Assembly: GCA_043819695.1 (NCBI GenBank)
Contig: JBDREM010000124.1
Coordinates: forward strand, 1-45,470
Source of the DNA: Planctomycetota bacterium
GTDB lineage: Bacteria > Planctomycetota > PUPC01
Direction: 5' to 3'
DNA: 45,470 nucleotides
Shown: positions 12,071 to 21,950 of the stretch, piece after piece
Numbering within the stretch: position 1 is the stretch's first letter
How the letters are laid out: each line of letters begins with the position of its first letter
Translations under genes and position numbers: made by a program
Notes under the pieces: model-generated
Seen by the model: the letters and a program-made list of their open reading frames with translations, nothing else
Told to the model about the DNA's origin: nothing
Database searches by the model: none

Positions 12071-12157
12071 TCGTTATTCGTTATCGGTTATTCGGGACGG
12101 CCCGCGAGCGGCTGCCTTCGGTCGAGAACCCGAATAACTAATGAACGATTAACAACG
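12071..12157. repeat. Inverted heptamer-repeat element (TTATTCG/CGAATAA family), copy 1
   Basis: Left arm TCGTTATTCGTTATCGGTTATTCGGG, GC-rich core, right arm CCCGAATAACTAATGAACGATTAACAACG. Confidence 0.8.
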
Positions 12158-12188
12158 TTACACGGCCCGCCTTCGTCGCGGCGGCGGC

Positions 12189-12266
12189 TGGTGGGCGATA
12201 CTGGATTCGAACCAGTGACCTCTTGCTTGTCGAGCAAGCGCTCTAAACCAACTGAGCTAATCGCCC
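12189..12266 (-). tRNA. tRNA-Val(GAC)
   Basis: GGGCGATTAGCTCAGTTGG...CTTGC-TCGACAA-GCAAG...GGTTCGAATCC...ATCGCCCACCA; full cloverleaf with encoded CCA. Confidence 0.95.
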
Positions 12267-12330
12267 GAGTCTTCGAAGGTGATTGGCAAACTGCTCGGTC
12301 CGCCGAGCAGCCCTAATCAGCCATTTCGTC

Positions 12331-12359
12331 AAACTATCCGACGGTCGCGCGATTGTCAA
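12331..12359 (-). promoter_or_regulatory. Putative sigma70 promoter for tRNA-Val-thrS-infC
   Basis: TTGACA (12359-12354), 17-nt spacer, TAGTTT (12336-12331). Confidence 0.6.
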
Positions 12360-12386
12360 GCGTTCGGACGCCTGCGGCCGGCCCCG

Positions 12387-12911
12387 CTACTCCTTGGCGT
12401 CCGCTTCCCCGTCGGCATCCGTTTCTTCTTTGGCCTCTGGTTCCGGGTCGCCTTCCGGCTCAGGTTCCGCGGCCGGCTCCTCATCGGCTTCGACGGTTAC
12501 CTCGGGCTTGACGGGCGCCGCGCCTTCCTCGGCGATTCCGACGAGCTCGAAGATGACGAGATCGGCCGCGTCGCCCACGCGCCGGGCCCCAAGCCTCAGT
12601 ATCCGTGTGTAGCCGCCTTCGCGGTTGTCGTATCGCGGAGCGATCTCGTTGAAGAGCTTGCGGACGGCCTTCTTGCTGGGCAGCAACGCGAGGGCGCGGC
12701 GCCGCGCGGCGAGCGTGCCCTTCTTGCCAAGCGTGATGAGCCGCTCGGCGAGCCGCCGGGCCTCCTTGGCCTTTTCCGGCGTGGTCCGGATCCGCTCGGC
12801 ATGTTCTTCGGTGGGAGTTGCCAGGAACAGGCCCTCGACGAGGTTCCTGAGCAGGGCTTTTCGCGGGCCGGAACGGCGGCCGAGCTTGCGGTTGGCTTTT
12901 CTGTGACGCAT
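12387..12911 (-). CDS. rplQ: 50S ribosomal protein L17 with acidic C-terminal tail
   Basis: [31 protein letters not shown] and RVGDAA motifs. Confidence 0.97.
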   Translation of the reverse strand: MRHRKANRKLGRRSGPRKALLRNLVEGLFLATPTEEHAERIRTTPEKAKEARRLAERLITLGKKGTLAARRRALALLPSKKAVRKLFNEIAPRYDNREGGYTRILRLGARRVGDAADLVIFELVGIAEEGAAPVKPEVTVEADEEPAAEPEPEGDPEPEAKEETDADGEADAKE

Positions 12912-12944
12912 TCGGTTGCTTCCTGTCGCGATCTTGCCGCGGCG

Positions 12945-13925
12945 TCAGTCGATCTTCATGCCCAGTTCGAGGTCGAGCTCGGCGAGTTTTTCTATGATCT
13001 CGCTGAGCGAGGTCTGTCCGAAGTTGCGGAAGTTGAGCAGGTCGGCCTCGGTCCTGGTGACGAGCTCTTTGAGCGTGGTGATCTTCTGCGACGCAAGGCA
13101 GTTGGCCGCCCGGACGGACAGGTCGAGTTCGTCGACGGACCGGGCGAGCCGTCGTTCGAGTTCGTTCTGGTGCTCGAGCTCTTTCTGCGCGGCCAGTTGG
13201 GCTGCGGCGTCCTCGATCGGCGGGCCGAGCTCGAAGTACTGAATGAACGGGTCGAGGTGTTTGCGGTAGATTCGCGCGGCCTCGACGAGCGCCATTTCGG
13301 GGTCGACCGTGCCGTTGGTCCAGATCTCGAGGGTGAGCCGGTCGTAGTTGGTGACCTGGCCCACGCGGCAGTTCTCGACCATGGGCTTGACCTTGACGAC
13401 GGGCGAGAAGACGCCGTCGAGCGCGATATGGCCGATCTCCTCCTTCGCGAACTCCTCGGCGACCTTGTAGCCCCGCCCGGGCCGCGCCTCGAGCGAGGCG
13501 ACGATCTTGCCGCCCTCGCTGATGGTCGCGAGGTGGAGGCCGGGGTTCGCGATCTCGACGTCGGCGTCGTGCTCGAGGTCGCCCGCGGTCACCTCGCCCT
13601 TGCGGCGGGCATCGAGCCTCAGTTCCTTCGGCCCGTCGGCGTGGAGCTTCACGAGGACCTTCTTGAGGTTCAGGCAGATGTCCGTCACGTCTTCGACGAC
13701 GCCCGGCAACGTCTGGAACTGATGTTGCACCCCCTCGAACCGGACCGAAGTGAGCGCCGCCCCGCGCAGCGAGGACAGAAGCACGCGCCGAAGCCCGTTG
13801 CCCACGGTCGTTCCGTAGCCGCGCTCAAACGGTTCCGCCGTGAACTTGCCGTATGTGTCCGTGAGCGATTCCTTGTCGCACACGACCCGGACCGGAAGTT
13901 CAAAACCCATCCACCTTTTTCGCAT
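12945..13925 (-). CDS. rpoA: RNA polymerase alpha subunit
   Basis: EPFERGYGTTVGNGLRRVLLSS, LSVRAANCL and NFGQTSL motifs. Confidence 0.98.
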   Translation of the reverse strand: MRKRWMGFELPVRVVCDKESLTDTYGKFTAEPFERGYGTTVGNGLRRVLLSSLRGAALTSVRFEGVQHQFQTLPGVVEDVTDICLNLKKVLVKLHADGPKELRLDARRKGEVTAGDLEHDADVEIANPGLHLATISEGGKIVASLEARPGRGYKVAEEFAKEEIGHIALDGVFSPVVKVKPMVENCRVGQVTNYDRLTLEIWTNGTVDPEMALVEAARIYRKHLDPFIQYFELGPPIEDAAAQLAAQKELEHQNELERRLARSVDELDLSVRAANCLASQKITTLKELVTRTEADLLNFRNFGQTSLSEIIEKLAELDLELGMKID

Positions 13926-13974
13926 CTCATCTCCTCCGCACTTTGACGGCTGTGAGGCCCGACATCCTTATCAT

Positions 13975-14601
13975 CTATTTCGACAGGAGCTCGACGACGA
14001 GTTGCTCCTGGACCGGCAGCGTGACGTCCTCGCGCGTGACCTGGCGGACGACCTTGGCCATGGGCGGCTCCGCTGTGACTTCGAGCCAGGTCGGCACCGC
14101 GCGGTTCTGCGTCTTCTCGACGTTCGCTCGAACGCTCGCGGCCGACTTCTCGCGGGCGGCGACCGAAATCTCGTCGCCCTCCTCGACCTCCTGCGACGCA
14201 ATGGTCACGCGCTTCCCGTTGACCAGGATGTGCCCGTGCGAGATCATCTGCCGCGCGTTGTCACGCGACGCCGCGAGGCCCGCGCACGTCAGGACGTTGT
14301 CGAGCCGGCGCTCGAGCGCGAGCAGCAGGTTCTCGCCCGTGTTGCCCCGGGCGCGTTCCGCGCGCTCGAAGCACAAGCGGAACTGACGCTCGAACAGGCC
14401 GTAGTATCGTTTGACTTTCTGTTTCTCGCGCAGTTGCAGTCCGTACGGGGTGATCTTTCGCCGGCCCCAGGCGTGCATTCCGGGGGGGAACTCGCGCCGC
14501 TCGAGGGCGCACCGGGCGGTGTCGCAGCGTTCGCCCTTGAGGAAGAGCTTTACGCCTTCACGCCGGCAAAGCTTGCATTTCGGTCCGGTGTGGCGAGCCA
14601 A
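13975..14601 (-). CDS. rpsD: 30S ribosomal protein S4
   Basis: CKLCRREG, QLREKQK, LERRLDN and ARQMISHGHI motifs; TTG start. Confidence 0.97.
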   Translation of the reverse strand: MARHTGPKCKLCRREGVKLFLKGERCDTARCALERREFPPGMHAWGRRKITPYGLQLREKQKVKRYYGLFERQFRLCFERAERARGNTGENLLLALERRLDNVLTCAGLAASRDNARQMISHGHILVNGKRVTIASQEVEEGDEISVAAREKSAASVRANVEKTQNRAVPTWLEVTAEPPMAKVVRQVTREDVTLPVQEQLVVELLSK

Positions 14602-14645
14602 TTGGCGACTCCTAATCTGTCAGCCGGGGCGCCGCCGTGCGTCGG

Positions 14646-15023
14646 TCAGACACGGCGCCTCTTCTTCGGCCTGCACCCGTTGTGGGGCAGGGGTGTTACG
14701 TCTTCGATAGCTTTGATTTCGAGCCCGGCGGCCTGGAGCGCGCGGATGGCCGACTCGCGGCCGGAGCCGGGGCCCTTGACGCGCACCTCGATCTGCCGCA
14801 CGCCCAGCTTTTGGGCTTTCTCGGCCGCGCTTTCGGCCGTGCGCTGCGCCGCAAACGGGGTGCTCTTGCGCGAGCCCTTGAAGCCGATCGTGCCCGCGCT
14901 GGCCCAGCACAGGACATCGCCGTCCAGGTCCGTAATGGAGATGACGGTGTTGTTGAACGTCGCCTTGATGGTGGCGATGGCCTGCGATGAGACTCGCCGC
15001 AAACGTTTTCGGGCTTTCGCCAT
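14646..15023 (-). CDS. rpsK: 30S ribosomal protein S11
   Basis: [20 protein letters not shown] and [12 protein letters not shown] motifs; ATG 15023 chosen by its GGAG SD. Confidence 0.97.
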   Translation of the reverse strand: MAKARKRLRRVSSQAIATIKATFNNTVISITDLDGDVLCWASAGTIGFKGSRKSTPFAAQRTAESAAEKAQKLGVRQIEVRVKGPGSGRESAIRALQAAGLEIKAIEDVTPLPHNGCRPKKRRRV

Positions 15024-15062
15024 TGCGTTCTCCTGCACCTACAGGTGGCCGGGCATGGCCTC

Positions 15063-15446
15063 TTAACCGAGCGCCTTGACGCTCTTCTTGCCGGCCACGG
15101 TCTTCTTGGGACCTTTGCGGGTCCGGGCGTTGGTCCGGGTTCGCTGGCCGCGCACGGGCAGGCCGCGCCGGTGCCGCTCGCCGCGGTAACACTTGATCTC
15201 GCGCAGCCGCGCGATGTTCTGGGTCACCATCCGCCGCAGCTCGCCCTCGACGGTACAACTGCGGCCGATGATGGTGGCGATGCGCGAGATCTGCTCCTCG
15301 GTGAGGTCGTCCGCGCGCGTGCCGGGCTTCACGTCGGCCTGCTTCATGATGTGGCGGGCGGTGCTCCGCCCGATGCCGTATATGTACGTCAGCGCGATCT
15401 CGGCGGGCTTGCGCCCCGGAATGTCAACACCGAGTAAGCGGGGCAT
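15063..15446 (-). CDS. rpsM: 30S ribosomal protein S13
   Basis: [10 protein letters not shown] and [18 protein letters not shown] motifs; ATG 15446 preceded by GGAGG. Confidence 0.97.
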   Translation of the reverse strand: MPRLLGVDIPGRKPAEIALTYIYGIGRSTARHIMKQADVKPGTRADDLTEEQISRIATIIGRSCTVEGELRRMVTQNIARLREIKCYRGERHRRGLPVRGQRTRTNARTRKGPKKTVAGKKSVKALG

Positions 15447-15472
15447 GTCTTTGTGCCTCCAATTCGGGTTCC

Positions 15473-15589
15473 CTATTTCCCCTGCCGCTGCTTGTGGCGG
15501 GGGTCGGTGCAAATGACTCGGACGACGCCTTTGCGCCGGATGAGCTTGCAGTTCTCGCAGATTCGCTTGACGGAGCTGCGCACTTTCAT
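15473..15589 (-). CDS. rpmJ: 50S ribosomal protein L36 (zinc-ribbon form)
   Basis: [38 protein letters not shown]; ATGA overlap with infA. Confidence 0.96.
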   Translation of the reverse strand: MKVRSSVKRICENCKLIRRKGVVRVICTDPRHKQRQGK

Positions 15590-15852
15590 TGCTGCTGTCC
15601 TTTCTGCTCGTCGGCGGGCTCCTGCCGCTGCGGGCGCTTGCCGCGGTAAACGATCCGGCCCTTGCTCAGGTCGTACGGCGACATCTCCAGGGTCACGATG
15701 TCGCCCGGCAGGATGCGGATGAAGTATCTCCTGATCTTGCCGGAGACGTGCGCGAGCACCCTGTGGCCGTTCTCGAGCTCGACGTTGAACATCGCGTTCG
15801 GCAACGCTTCCCGCACGACCGCCTCGAGGGTTATCGGTTCTTCTTTTGCCAT
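15586..15852 (-). CDS. infA: Translation initiation factor IF-1
   Basis: [23 protein letters not shown] and [13 protein letters not shown] motifs. Confidence 0.97.
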   Translation of the reverse strand: MAKEEPITLEAVVREALPNAMFNVELENGHRVLAHVSGKIRRYFIRILPGDIVTLEMSPYDLSKGRIVYRGKRPQRQEPADEQKGQQQ

Positions 15853-15870
15853 ACTTGCGTTCTCGTTCTT

Positions 15871-16644
15871 CTACGGCAGCGTCAGTATTTCGTGCCCGTC
15901 GGGCGTCACGGCGACGGTGTGCTCGAAATGGGCCGAGCGCTTGCCGTCGGCGGTCCGCACGGGCCACGCGTCGGGCTTGACCTCGACGCGGTACCCGCCC
16001 GCGTTGATCATCGGCTCGATCGCGAGCACCAACCCGGGCTCCATGACCAGGTCGGGGCACCGCTTCGTCTTGAAGTTCGGCACCTCCGGGGCCTGGTGCA
16101 TCGCGGTCCCGATGCCGTGTCCGACGAAGTCGCGCACGACGGAAAAGCCGTTGGCTTCGACGTGACGCTGCACGGCTTCTCCGATCTTGCCAAGAGCGTT
16201 GCCGGGCCGGGCTTGTCCGATGGCCCGGTCGAGCGCCTCGCGGCACACGCGCATCAGCTTGGCGGTCTTTGCCGACACGTCGCCGACGGAGATCGTCGCG
16301 GCGCTGTCGGCGAAAAAGCCCTGGTGCTCGACGCCGACGTCGATGCTGACGATGTCGCCCGAGGCGAGCATCCGGTCGTCCGGGATGCCGTGGACGACGC
16401 CGTCGTTGACCGATGCGCAGATGCTGGCGGGAAACGGCGGCCGCCCGGCTGACGTGTAGCCCTTGAAGGCCGGTTTTCCGCCGCGGCTGCGAATGAACTC
16501 CTCGGCCGCTGCGTCGAGGTCGAGCGTCGTCATGCCCGGCGCCGTCATCGCTTTGAGCCGTTCGAGAACCTGGCCGACGATCCGGCCGGCCTCTCTCATG
16601 ATGGCAAGCTCTTGCGGCGTTCGGAGCGGTATTCCGCCAAACAT
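15871..16644 (-). CDS. map: Methionine aminopeptidase type I
   Basis: [33 protein letters not shown] and SAHFEHT motifs. Confidence 0.97.
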   Translation of the reverse strand: MFGGIPLRTPQELAIMREAGRIVGQVLERLKAMTAPGMTTLDLDAAAEEFIRSRGGKPAFKGYTSAGRPPFPASICASVNDGVVHGIPDDRMLASGDIVSIDVGVEHQGFFADSAATISVGDVSAKTAKLMRVCREALDRAIGQARPGNALGKIGEAVQRHVEANGFSVVRDFVGHGIGTAMHQAPEVPNFKTKRCPDLVMEPGLVLAIEPMINAGGYRVEVKPDAWPVRTADGKRSAHFEHTVAVTPDGHEILTLP

Positions 16645-16707
16645 TATGTGAACTTCTCAAAGACCGTTTGCATGTCGCACACCGCGGCGGCGCGAGCCGC
16701 CTGTCGC

Positions 16708-17358
16708 CTACGCCGCGAGGGCCTGGGCGACCGTTCGGGCGATCTCGTCGACTGTCCCGGTGCTGTCGATCTCGGTGAGACTGCCGGCGTTCTCGTAGTA
16801 GTCTATCAGTTCTGCCGTTCGGGCCGCGTAGACCTCGAGACGGTTTCTAACGGTCTCGGGCTTGTCGTCGTCCCGCTGTATCAGGTCGGCTCCGCAGTTG
16901 TCGCAGATGTTTTCGGTCTTCGGCGGCATTGTCTCGACGTGGAAGCCGGCCTTGCAGTTCGGGCAGGTGCGCCGGCCGGAGAGGCGCCGGACGAGGATCT
17001 CGTCGGGGGCGCTGAAGTACAGGACCCGGTCGATTGTTTCGCCCCGCTCGGCCAGCTTGGTCTCGAGCGCGGTTGCCTGGGCCATCGTCCTCGGGAACCC
17101 GTCGAGCAGATAGCCGCGGGAGCAGCCGGGCTGTGCGAGGCGGCGGGCGACCATTTCGACGACGAGGTCGTCGGGCACGAGCTCGCCCTTGTCCATGTAG
17201 GCCTTGGCCTGCGCGCCCAGGTCGGACCCGGCGTCGACCTCGGCGCGGAGGATGTCGCCGGTCGAGATGTGGGGCACCCCGTTGGCAGAGGCGGCCTCTT
17301 TCGCCTGCGTGCCTTTGCCGACTCCGGGCGGCCCGAGAAAGATGATCTTCACGTCCAC
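16708..17358 (-). CDS. adk: Adenylate kinase
   Basis: [27 protein letters not shown] and a four-Cys LID. Confidence 0.97.
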   Translation of the reverse strand: MDVKIIFLGPPGVGKGTQAKEAASANGVPHISTGDILRAEVDAGSDLGAQAKAYMDKGELVPDDLVVEMVARRLAQPGCSRGYLLDGFPRTMAQATALETKLAERGETIDRVLYFSAPDEILVRRLSGRRTCPNCKAGFHVETMPPKTENICDNCGADLIQRDDDKPETVRNRLEVYAARTAELIDYYENAGSLTEIDSTGTVDEIARTVAQALAA

Positions 17359-18741
17359 TTAGCCCTGCCTTCCTCTTATGCGCGCGCCGCCTTTCAGGAA
17401 GCCGTCGTAGTGCCTCATGAGCAGGTGGTTTTCGATTTTCTGGACGAGGTCGAGCGCGACGCCGACGACGATGAGGATGCCGGTGCCGCCGTAGATGTAG
17501 GCGGCGCGCATCCCGATGTCCGTGCTCCGCTGAACGATGTACGGCATGATTGCGATGACGGCGATGAACGCGGCCCCGGCGAGCGTGATGCGGGTCATCA
17601 CGCGCTCGAAGTATTCCGCCGTGCGCTTCCCCGGGCGAATGCCCGGGATGAAGTTGCCGTGCTCTTTCATGTCGTCCGCCATCTTGATGGGGTTGAACTG
17701 GACGGCGGTCCAGAAGAAGCAGAAGAACACGATCATCGTCACGTAGATGACGAGGTAGCTGAAGTTGCTCTGGAGGAACAGCCCGGCCAGCGAGCGCCAC
17801 ACCAAGCTCCAGAAGGGGGACGTGCTCCGGGCGGCCAGCGGGCTGAAGATCATCGGCGGGAACATCAGGAGCGACTGGGCGAAGATGATGGGTATGACGC
17901 CTGCGGCGCCGACCTTGAGCGGCAGGTAGTAGCGCTGGCCGCCGAAGACGCGCCGCCCCTTGATCTGCTTCGCCGTCTGAATCGTCACGCGCCGCTGGCC
18001 CTGATTCAGCAGGACCACGCCCACGACCACGAGCACGTACATCACGACCATTCCCAGGATGCCCAGGATGCCGATCTTGTCGGCCGCCGGGTTGAACAGG
18101 TTCGGGTCGACTTGCAGGTTGAAGAGCTGGATGATCGTCGGCGGGATGCGGGCCACAATGCCGGCCATAATGAGGATCGAAATGCCGTTGCCGATGCCGT
18201 GCTCCTGAATCTGCTCGCCGATCCACATCAGGAACAGCGTGCCGGCCGTCAGGGAGACGACACAGATCAGCTCGAACCCGAACCCCTCGCGCACACCGGG
18301 CGGGACCACGAACACGCCCTTGGATACCTCGATGCCCTCGATCATCCCGGCCATGAAGAGGCCCTGGACGAAGCAGAGCAGGACGGTCGCGTAGCGGGTG
18401 TATTGGTTGATCTTCTTCTGCCCGGCCTCGCCCTCCTTCTGGAGCTCCTCGAGCGGCTTGATGACCGTCGCCAGGAGCTGGAAGACGATGGACGCGCTGA
18501 TGTATGGCATGATGCCGAGGCCGAAGAGGGCGCAGTTGCTGAGCGCGCCGCCGGCGAACATGTCCACCAGCCCGAGCGCGCCGGCGCCGAACCGGCCGGC
18601 CGCCTCGCTCACCATCTTCGAGTCGACCCCGGGGACGGGGACGAACGCGCCGGCGCGGAACACCGCGAGCATGAAGATCGTGAAGAGGATCTTCTTCCTC
18701 AGCTCAGGAATCCGGAAGCAGTTTATCAGCGGCTCGATCAT
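17359..18741 (-). CDS. secY: Preprotein translocase subunit SecY
   Basis: LGIMPYISASI, GIGNGIS, FIPGIRPG and multiple TM segments. Confidence 0.98.
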   Translation of the reverse strand: MIEPLINCFRIPELRKKILFTIFMLAVFRAGAFVPVPGVDSKMVSEAAGRFGAGALGLVDMFAGGALSNCALFGLGIMPYISASIVFQLLATVIKPLEELQKEGEAGQKKINQYTRYATVLLCFVQGLFMAGMIEGIEVSKGVFVVPPGVREGFGFELICVVSLTAGTLFLMWIGEQIQEHGIGNGISILIMAGIVARIPPTIIQLFNLQVDPNLFNPAADKIGILGILGMVVMYVLVVVGVVLLNQGQRRVTIQTAKQIKGRRVFGGQRYYLPLKVGAAGVIPIIFAQSLLMFPPMIFSPLAARSTSPFWSLVWRSLAGLFLQSNFSYLVIYVTMIVFFCFFWTAVQFNPIKMADDMKEHGNFIPGIRPGKRTAEYFERVMTRITLAGAAFIAVIAIMPYIVQRSTDIGMRAAYIYGGTGILIVVGVALDLVQKIENHLLMRHYDGFLKGGARIRGRQG

Positions 18742-18751
18742 TGTGTCCGGT

Positions 18752-19195
18752 CTACTTTATCGTCTCCGCCTTGCCGCCTGCGGCAAGGATCTTCTCCTTC
18801 GCGCTCTCGGAAAACGCCTGCACCTTGACCGTCAGCGGCCGGGCTACGCCGCCGGAGCCGAGGATCTTCACCCCGTTCGAGATATCGTCGACCAGCCCGG
18901 CGGCCAGCAGCGACTCGGGGTTGACCTCTTCCTCGCCCGGCCAGTCGGCGAGATCGCGCACGTTGATGGTGGCCGGCCGGCGCTGGAAGCGCTTGTTGTT
19001 GAAGCCGCGCTTCGGGATGCGGCGGAAGAGGGGCATCTGGCCGCCTTCGTAGGTGGCCTTGATGACCTCGCCGGCCCGCGACCTCGCGCCGCGGTGGCCC
19101 CTCCCGCACGTCTTGCCCCAGCCGGACCCGTTGCCGCGGCCGACGCGCTTCGGCCTCTTGTATTTCCTGCCCGATGTTGCGCCCGAAAGATTCAC
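18752..19195 (-). CDS. rplO: 50S ribosomal protein L15
   Basis: RVGRGNGSGWGKTCGRG and EGGQMPLFRRIPKRGF motifs; GTGA overlap with rpsE. Confidence 0.97.
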   Translation of the reverse strand: MNLSGATSGRKYKRPKRVGRGNGSGWGKTCGRGHRGARSRAGEVIKATYEGGQMPLFRRIPKRGFNNKRFQRRPATINVRDLADWPGEEEVNPESLLAAGLVDDISNGVKILGSGGVARPLTVKVQAFSESAKEKILAAGGKAETIK

Positions 19196-19713
19196 TCGAG
19201 TGTCACTCCTCTGAGTCGCTCAACTGTCTCGCGGTTGCGCAGGGAGAGCAGCCCCTGCATCGCGGCCTTGACGAGGTTCTTCATCGACGTGCTGCCGTAT
19301 GACTTGGTGAGCACGTCCTTGACGCCCGCGGCCTCGACGATGGCGCGGACCGCGGCGCCGGCGATGATGCCGGTCCCGGGCGCCGCCGGCTTCATGAAGA
19401 CGCGCGACGCCAGGTACCGCCCCGTCACCTCGTGCGGCAGCGTGTGGCCGGAGAGCGTCACCTGTTTCATCGAGCGCCGGGCCTTCTTGAAGCTCTTCTC
19501 GATGGCCCCGGGCACCTCGGGCGCCTTGCCGTAGCCGATGCCGACGCGCCCTGCCTGATCGCCGACGACCGTCAGCGCCGCGAAGCTGAAACGCCGGCCG
19601 CCCTTCACGACGGCCGCGGACCGGTAGACCTTGACGACGGACTCGAACAGTTCGCCGGCGCGGTCGCGCTCGGGCGAATCTCGCCGGCCCCGATTTCGTG
19701 TTCCCTGTGACAA
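19192..19713 (-). CDS. rpsE: 30S ribosomal protein S5
   Basis: VVKGGRRFSF and PGTGIIAG motifs. Confidence 0.97.
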   Translation of the reverse strand: MSQGTRNRGRRDSPERDRAGELFESVVKVYRSAAVVKGGRRFSFAALTVVGDQAGRVGIGYGKAPEVPGAIEKSFKKARRSMKQVTLSGHTLPHEVTGRYLASRVFMKPAAPGTGIIAGAAVRAIVEAAGVKDVLTKSYGSTSMKNLVKAAMQGLLSLRNRETVERLRGVTLE

Positions 19714-19750
19714 CGGTCACCCCCAATAGATGACGTCAATATGGTCAGCG

Positions 19751-20125
19751 TTAAAGAACCAGTCCGCTCTCTCGCGCGGCGTCGGCCAGGGCCTTCACGC
19801 GCCCGTGGTACTTGTATCCGCCGCGGTCGAGGACTACCTTCTTGATGCCGTGCGCAAGCGCCTTCTCGGCGAGGCGGCGGCCGACGGCCGACGCCGAGCC
19901 GAGGCCGCCCGTCATCCGCTCCGCCAGCTCCTTCCGAATGTCGGCCTGGAGGGTCGAGGCCGAGACGAGCGTGCGCGCGGCCGTGTCGTCGATGATCTGG
20001 CCGTAGATGTGCTTCAGGCTGCGAAACACGGCCAGCCGCGGCCGGGCTTCCGTGCCGAACACTTTCTTGCGCACTCGCCGGTGCCGCCGAATACGCTTGC
20101 GTCGCTTCTCATTCTGCGGGTTCAT
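19751..20125 (-). CDS. rplR: 50S ribosomal protein L18
   Basis: RPRLAVFRS and [15 protein letters not shown] motifs. Confidence 0.97.
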   Translation of the reverse strand: MNPQNEKRRKRIRRHRRVRKKVFGTEARPRLAVFRSLKHIYGQIIDDTAARTLVSASTLQADIRKELAERMTGGLGSASAVGRRLAEKALAHGIKKVVLDRGGYKYHGRVKALADAARESGLVL

Positions 20126-20134
20126 CTCTGAGTC

Positions 20135-20755
20135 CTATGCCTGACCGGTGGTTCCCGCAAGGGCCTTGCCGGCCTTGCGCTTCACTTCTTCGTTCATGTA
20201 TCGGATGCCCTTGCCCTTGTAGGGTTCCGGCGGGCGCAGATGGCGGACGGCCGCGGCGAACTGGCCGATCGCCTGCTTGTCGACGCTGTGCATTGTGACC
20301 GTCAGGCAAGGCATCTGCCCGGCGCCCGAGATCATGATGTTGCCCGACTCGGGCGGGTCGACCGTGATGTTCTCGGGGATCGGTATGCTCAATTCATTGG
20401 CGAAGCCGCAGCGAAGGAGCAGGTTTCGCCCCTCGACCTTCGCGTTGTAGCCCACGCCGACAATCTGGAGCTGCCTGGTGTATCCCTCGGTCACGCCGGC
20501 GATCATGCTGGCGATGAGCCGGTGCGTGGTGCTCCACATCGCCCGCTGCTTGCGGGCCGCGCGGGCGCCGACGCCGCTCATGTCGGCCTGCCGGACGGTT
20601 ATCTGCTTCGCGGCGGCGTCGAACGTGACGCTGGCCGCGGGGCTGACGGCCATCTGCGCGGAGCCTTTGGGGCCGGTCACGCCGATGGAGCTGTCGCCGA
20701 CGGAAACGCCGACGCCGTCGGGTACGGTTATCGGTGTTGTGCCTATTCTGGACAT
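20135..20755 (-). CDS. rplF: 50S ribosomal protein L6
   Basis: MSRIG start and RPPEPYKGKGIRY motif; two short insertions. Confidence 0.96.
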   Translation of the reverse strand: MSRIGTTPITVPDGVGVSVGDSSIGVTGPKGSAQMAVSPAASVTFDAAAKQITVRQADMSGVGARAARKQRAMWSTTHRLIASMIAGVTEGYTRQLQIVGVGYNAKVEGRNLLLRCGFANELSIPIPENITVDPPESGNIMISGAGQMPCLTVTMHSVDKQAIGQFAAAVRHLRPPEPYKGKGIRYMNEEVKRKAGKALAGTTGQA

Positions 20756-20759
20756 TTCC

Positions 20760-21158
20760 TCACCACACTGTGCACAGGATCTCGCCGCCAACCCGTTCCT
20801 TGCGGCACTCGCGGTCGCTCAGGACGCCCTTGGGCGTCGAGACGATGTGGATGCCGAGGCCGTTCTTGACGGTGACGAGTTCGTCGGCCCCGCTGTAGAC
20901 GCGCCTGCTCGGCGTGCTCGTCCGCTGGATGCTGTTGATGACGTCTTCGTTTTCCGGGCCGTACTTCAGATAGATCTTGATGCGCGGCTGGGGCTGGGTG
21001 TCCAGCGGCGCGTAGTCCGTGATGAAGCCCTCGCGCTTGAGCACGTCGGCGACGGCCAGGTTCAGCTTCGACTGTATCACCTCGACGGCCGCCGACCTGT
21101 TGCGCAGAGCGTTCCGTATTCGGGTCAGCATGTCGGCGACAAGGTCGGTCATTGTCAT
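20760..21158 (-). CDS. rpsH: 30S ribosomal protein S8
   Basis: ADMLTRIRNA, GLGIHIVSTPKGV and GGEILC motifs. Confidence 0.97.
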   Translation of the reverse strand: MTMTDLVADMLTRIRNALRNRSAAVEVIQSKLNLAVADVLKREGFITDYAPLDTQPQPRIKIYLKYGPENEDVINSIQRTSTPSRRVYSGADELVTVKNGLGIHIVSTPKGVLSDRECRKERVGGEILCTVW

Positions 21159-21190
21159 GGCTAGAAAACTCCTGTCCGCTCTCGGGCGGC

Positions 21191-21376
21191 TTACCAGCTT
21201 GCCTTTCGCACTCCGGGGATCTGCCCGGCCGACGCCAGATTGCGGAAGCAGATCCGGCAGATCTTGAACTTCCTGTAGTATGCTCGCCGGCGCCCGCAGA
21301 GGGCGCAGCGATTGTACGCTCGCACTTTGTATTTCTGAGGCCTGTTACACCGGTTTATCCAAGCTTTTCGGGCCAT
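21191..21376 (-). CDS. rpsN: 30S ribosomal protein S14, short zinc-binding type Z
   Basis: 61 aa, RCALCGR...CRICFR...PGVRKASW. Confidence 0.96.
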   Translation of the reverse strand: MARKAWINRCNRPQKYKVRAYNRCALCGRRRAYYRKFKICRICFRNLASAGQIPGVRKASW

Positions 21377-21384
21377 TATCTTCC

Positions 21385-21924
21385 TCAGGTGGTTGCGAAG
21401 GGCATGCCGAACAGGCGGAGCAGCTCGCGCCCTTCGTCGTCCGTTTTCGCGCTCGTCACCAGGGTGACGTGCATGCCCTGCGAGACCTTGACCTTGTCGG
21501 GGTCGATTTCGGGAAACACCGCCTGCTCGGCGATGCCGAACGTATAGTCGCCGTGGCCGTCGAACGACTTGTCCGACAGGCCGCGGAAGTCGCGGAACCG
21601 GGGGATGGCGACGCCGATGAGCCGTTCGAGGAACTCGTACATTTTCGGGCCGCGAAGGGTGACTCTCGCGCCGACGGACATTCCCTCTCGGAGCTTGAAC
21701 GCGGCGACGGACTTGCGCGCCTTGGTCTCGACGGCCTTCTGCCCGGTGACGAGGCTCAGGTCTTCGAGCGCCTGGGGCAGCCGGTCCTTGTTGTCGCCCG
21801 ACCCCACGCCTGTGCTGAGCACGATCTTCTGCAGCCGGGGCACCGCCAGCGAGTTCTTGTATCCGAAGCGCTCGACCATGGCCGGGATGATCTCGCTCTT
21901 GTATTTCTGCGACAGGTTGGTCAC
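21385..21924 (-). CDS. rplE: 50S ribosomal protein L5
   Basis: [20 protein letters not shown] and FPEIDPD motifs; start GTG 21924 (TTG 21933 is an alternative). Confidence 0.95.
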   Translation of the reverse strand: MTNLSQKYKSEIIPAMVERFGYKNSLAVPRLQKIVLSTGVGSGDNKDRLPQALEDLSLVTGQKAVETKARKSVAAFKLREGMSVGARVTLRGPKMYEFLERLIGVAIPRFRDFRGLSDKSFDGHGDYTFGIAEQAVFPEIDPDKVKVSQGMHVTLVTSAKTDDEGRELLRLFGMPFATT

Positions 21925-21950
21925 TGGCTTCAAAACTCCGCTACTGGTCC

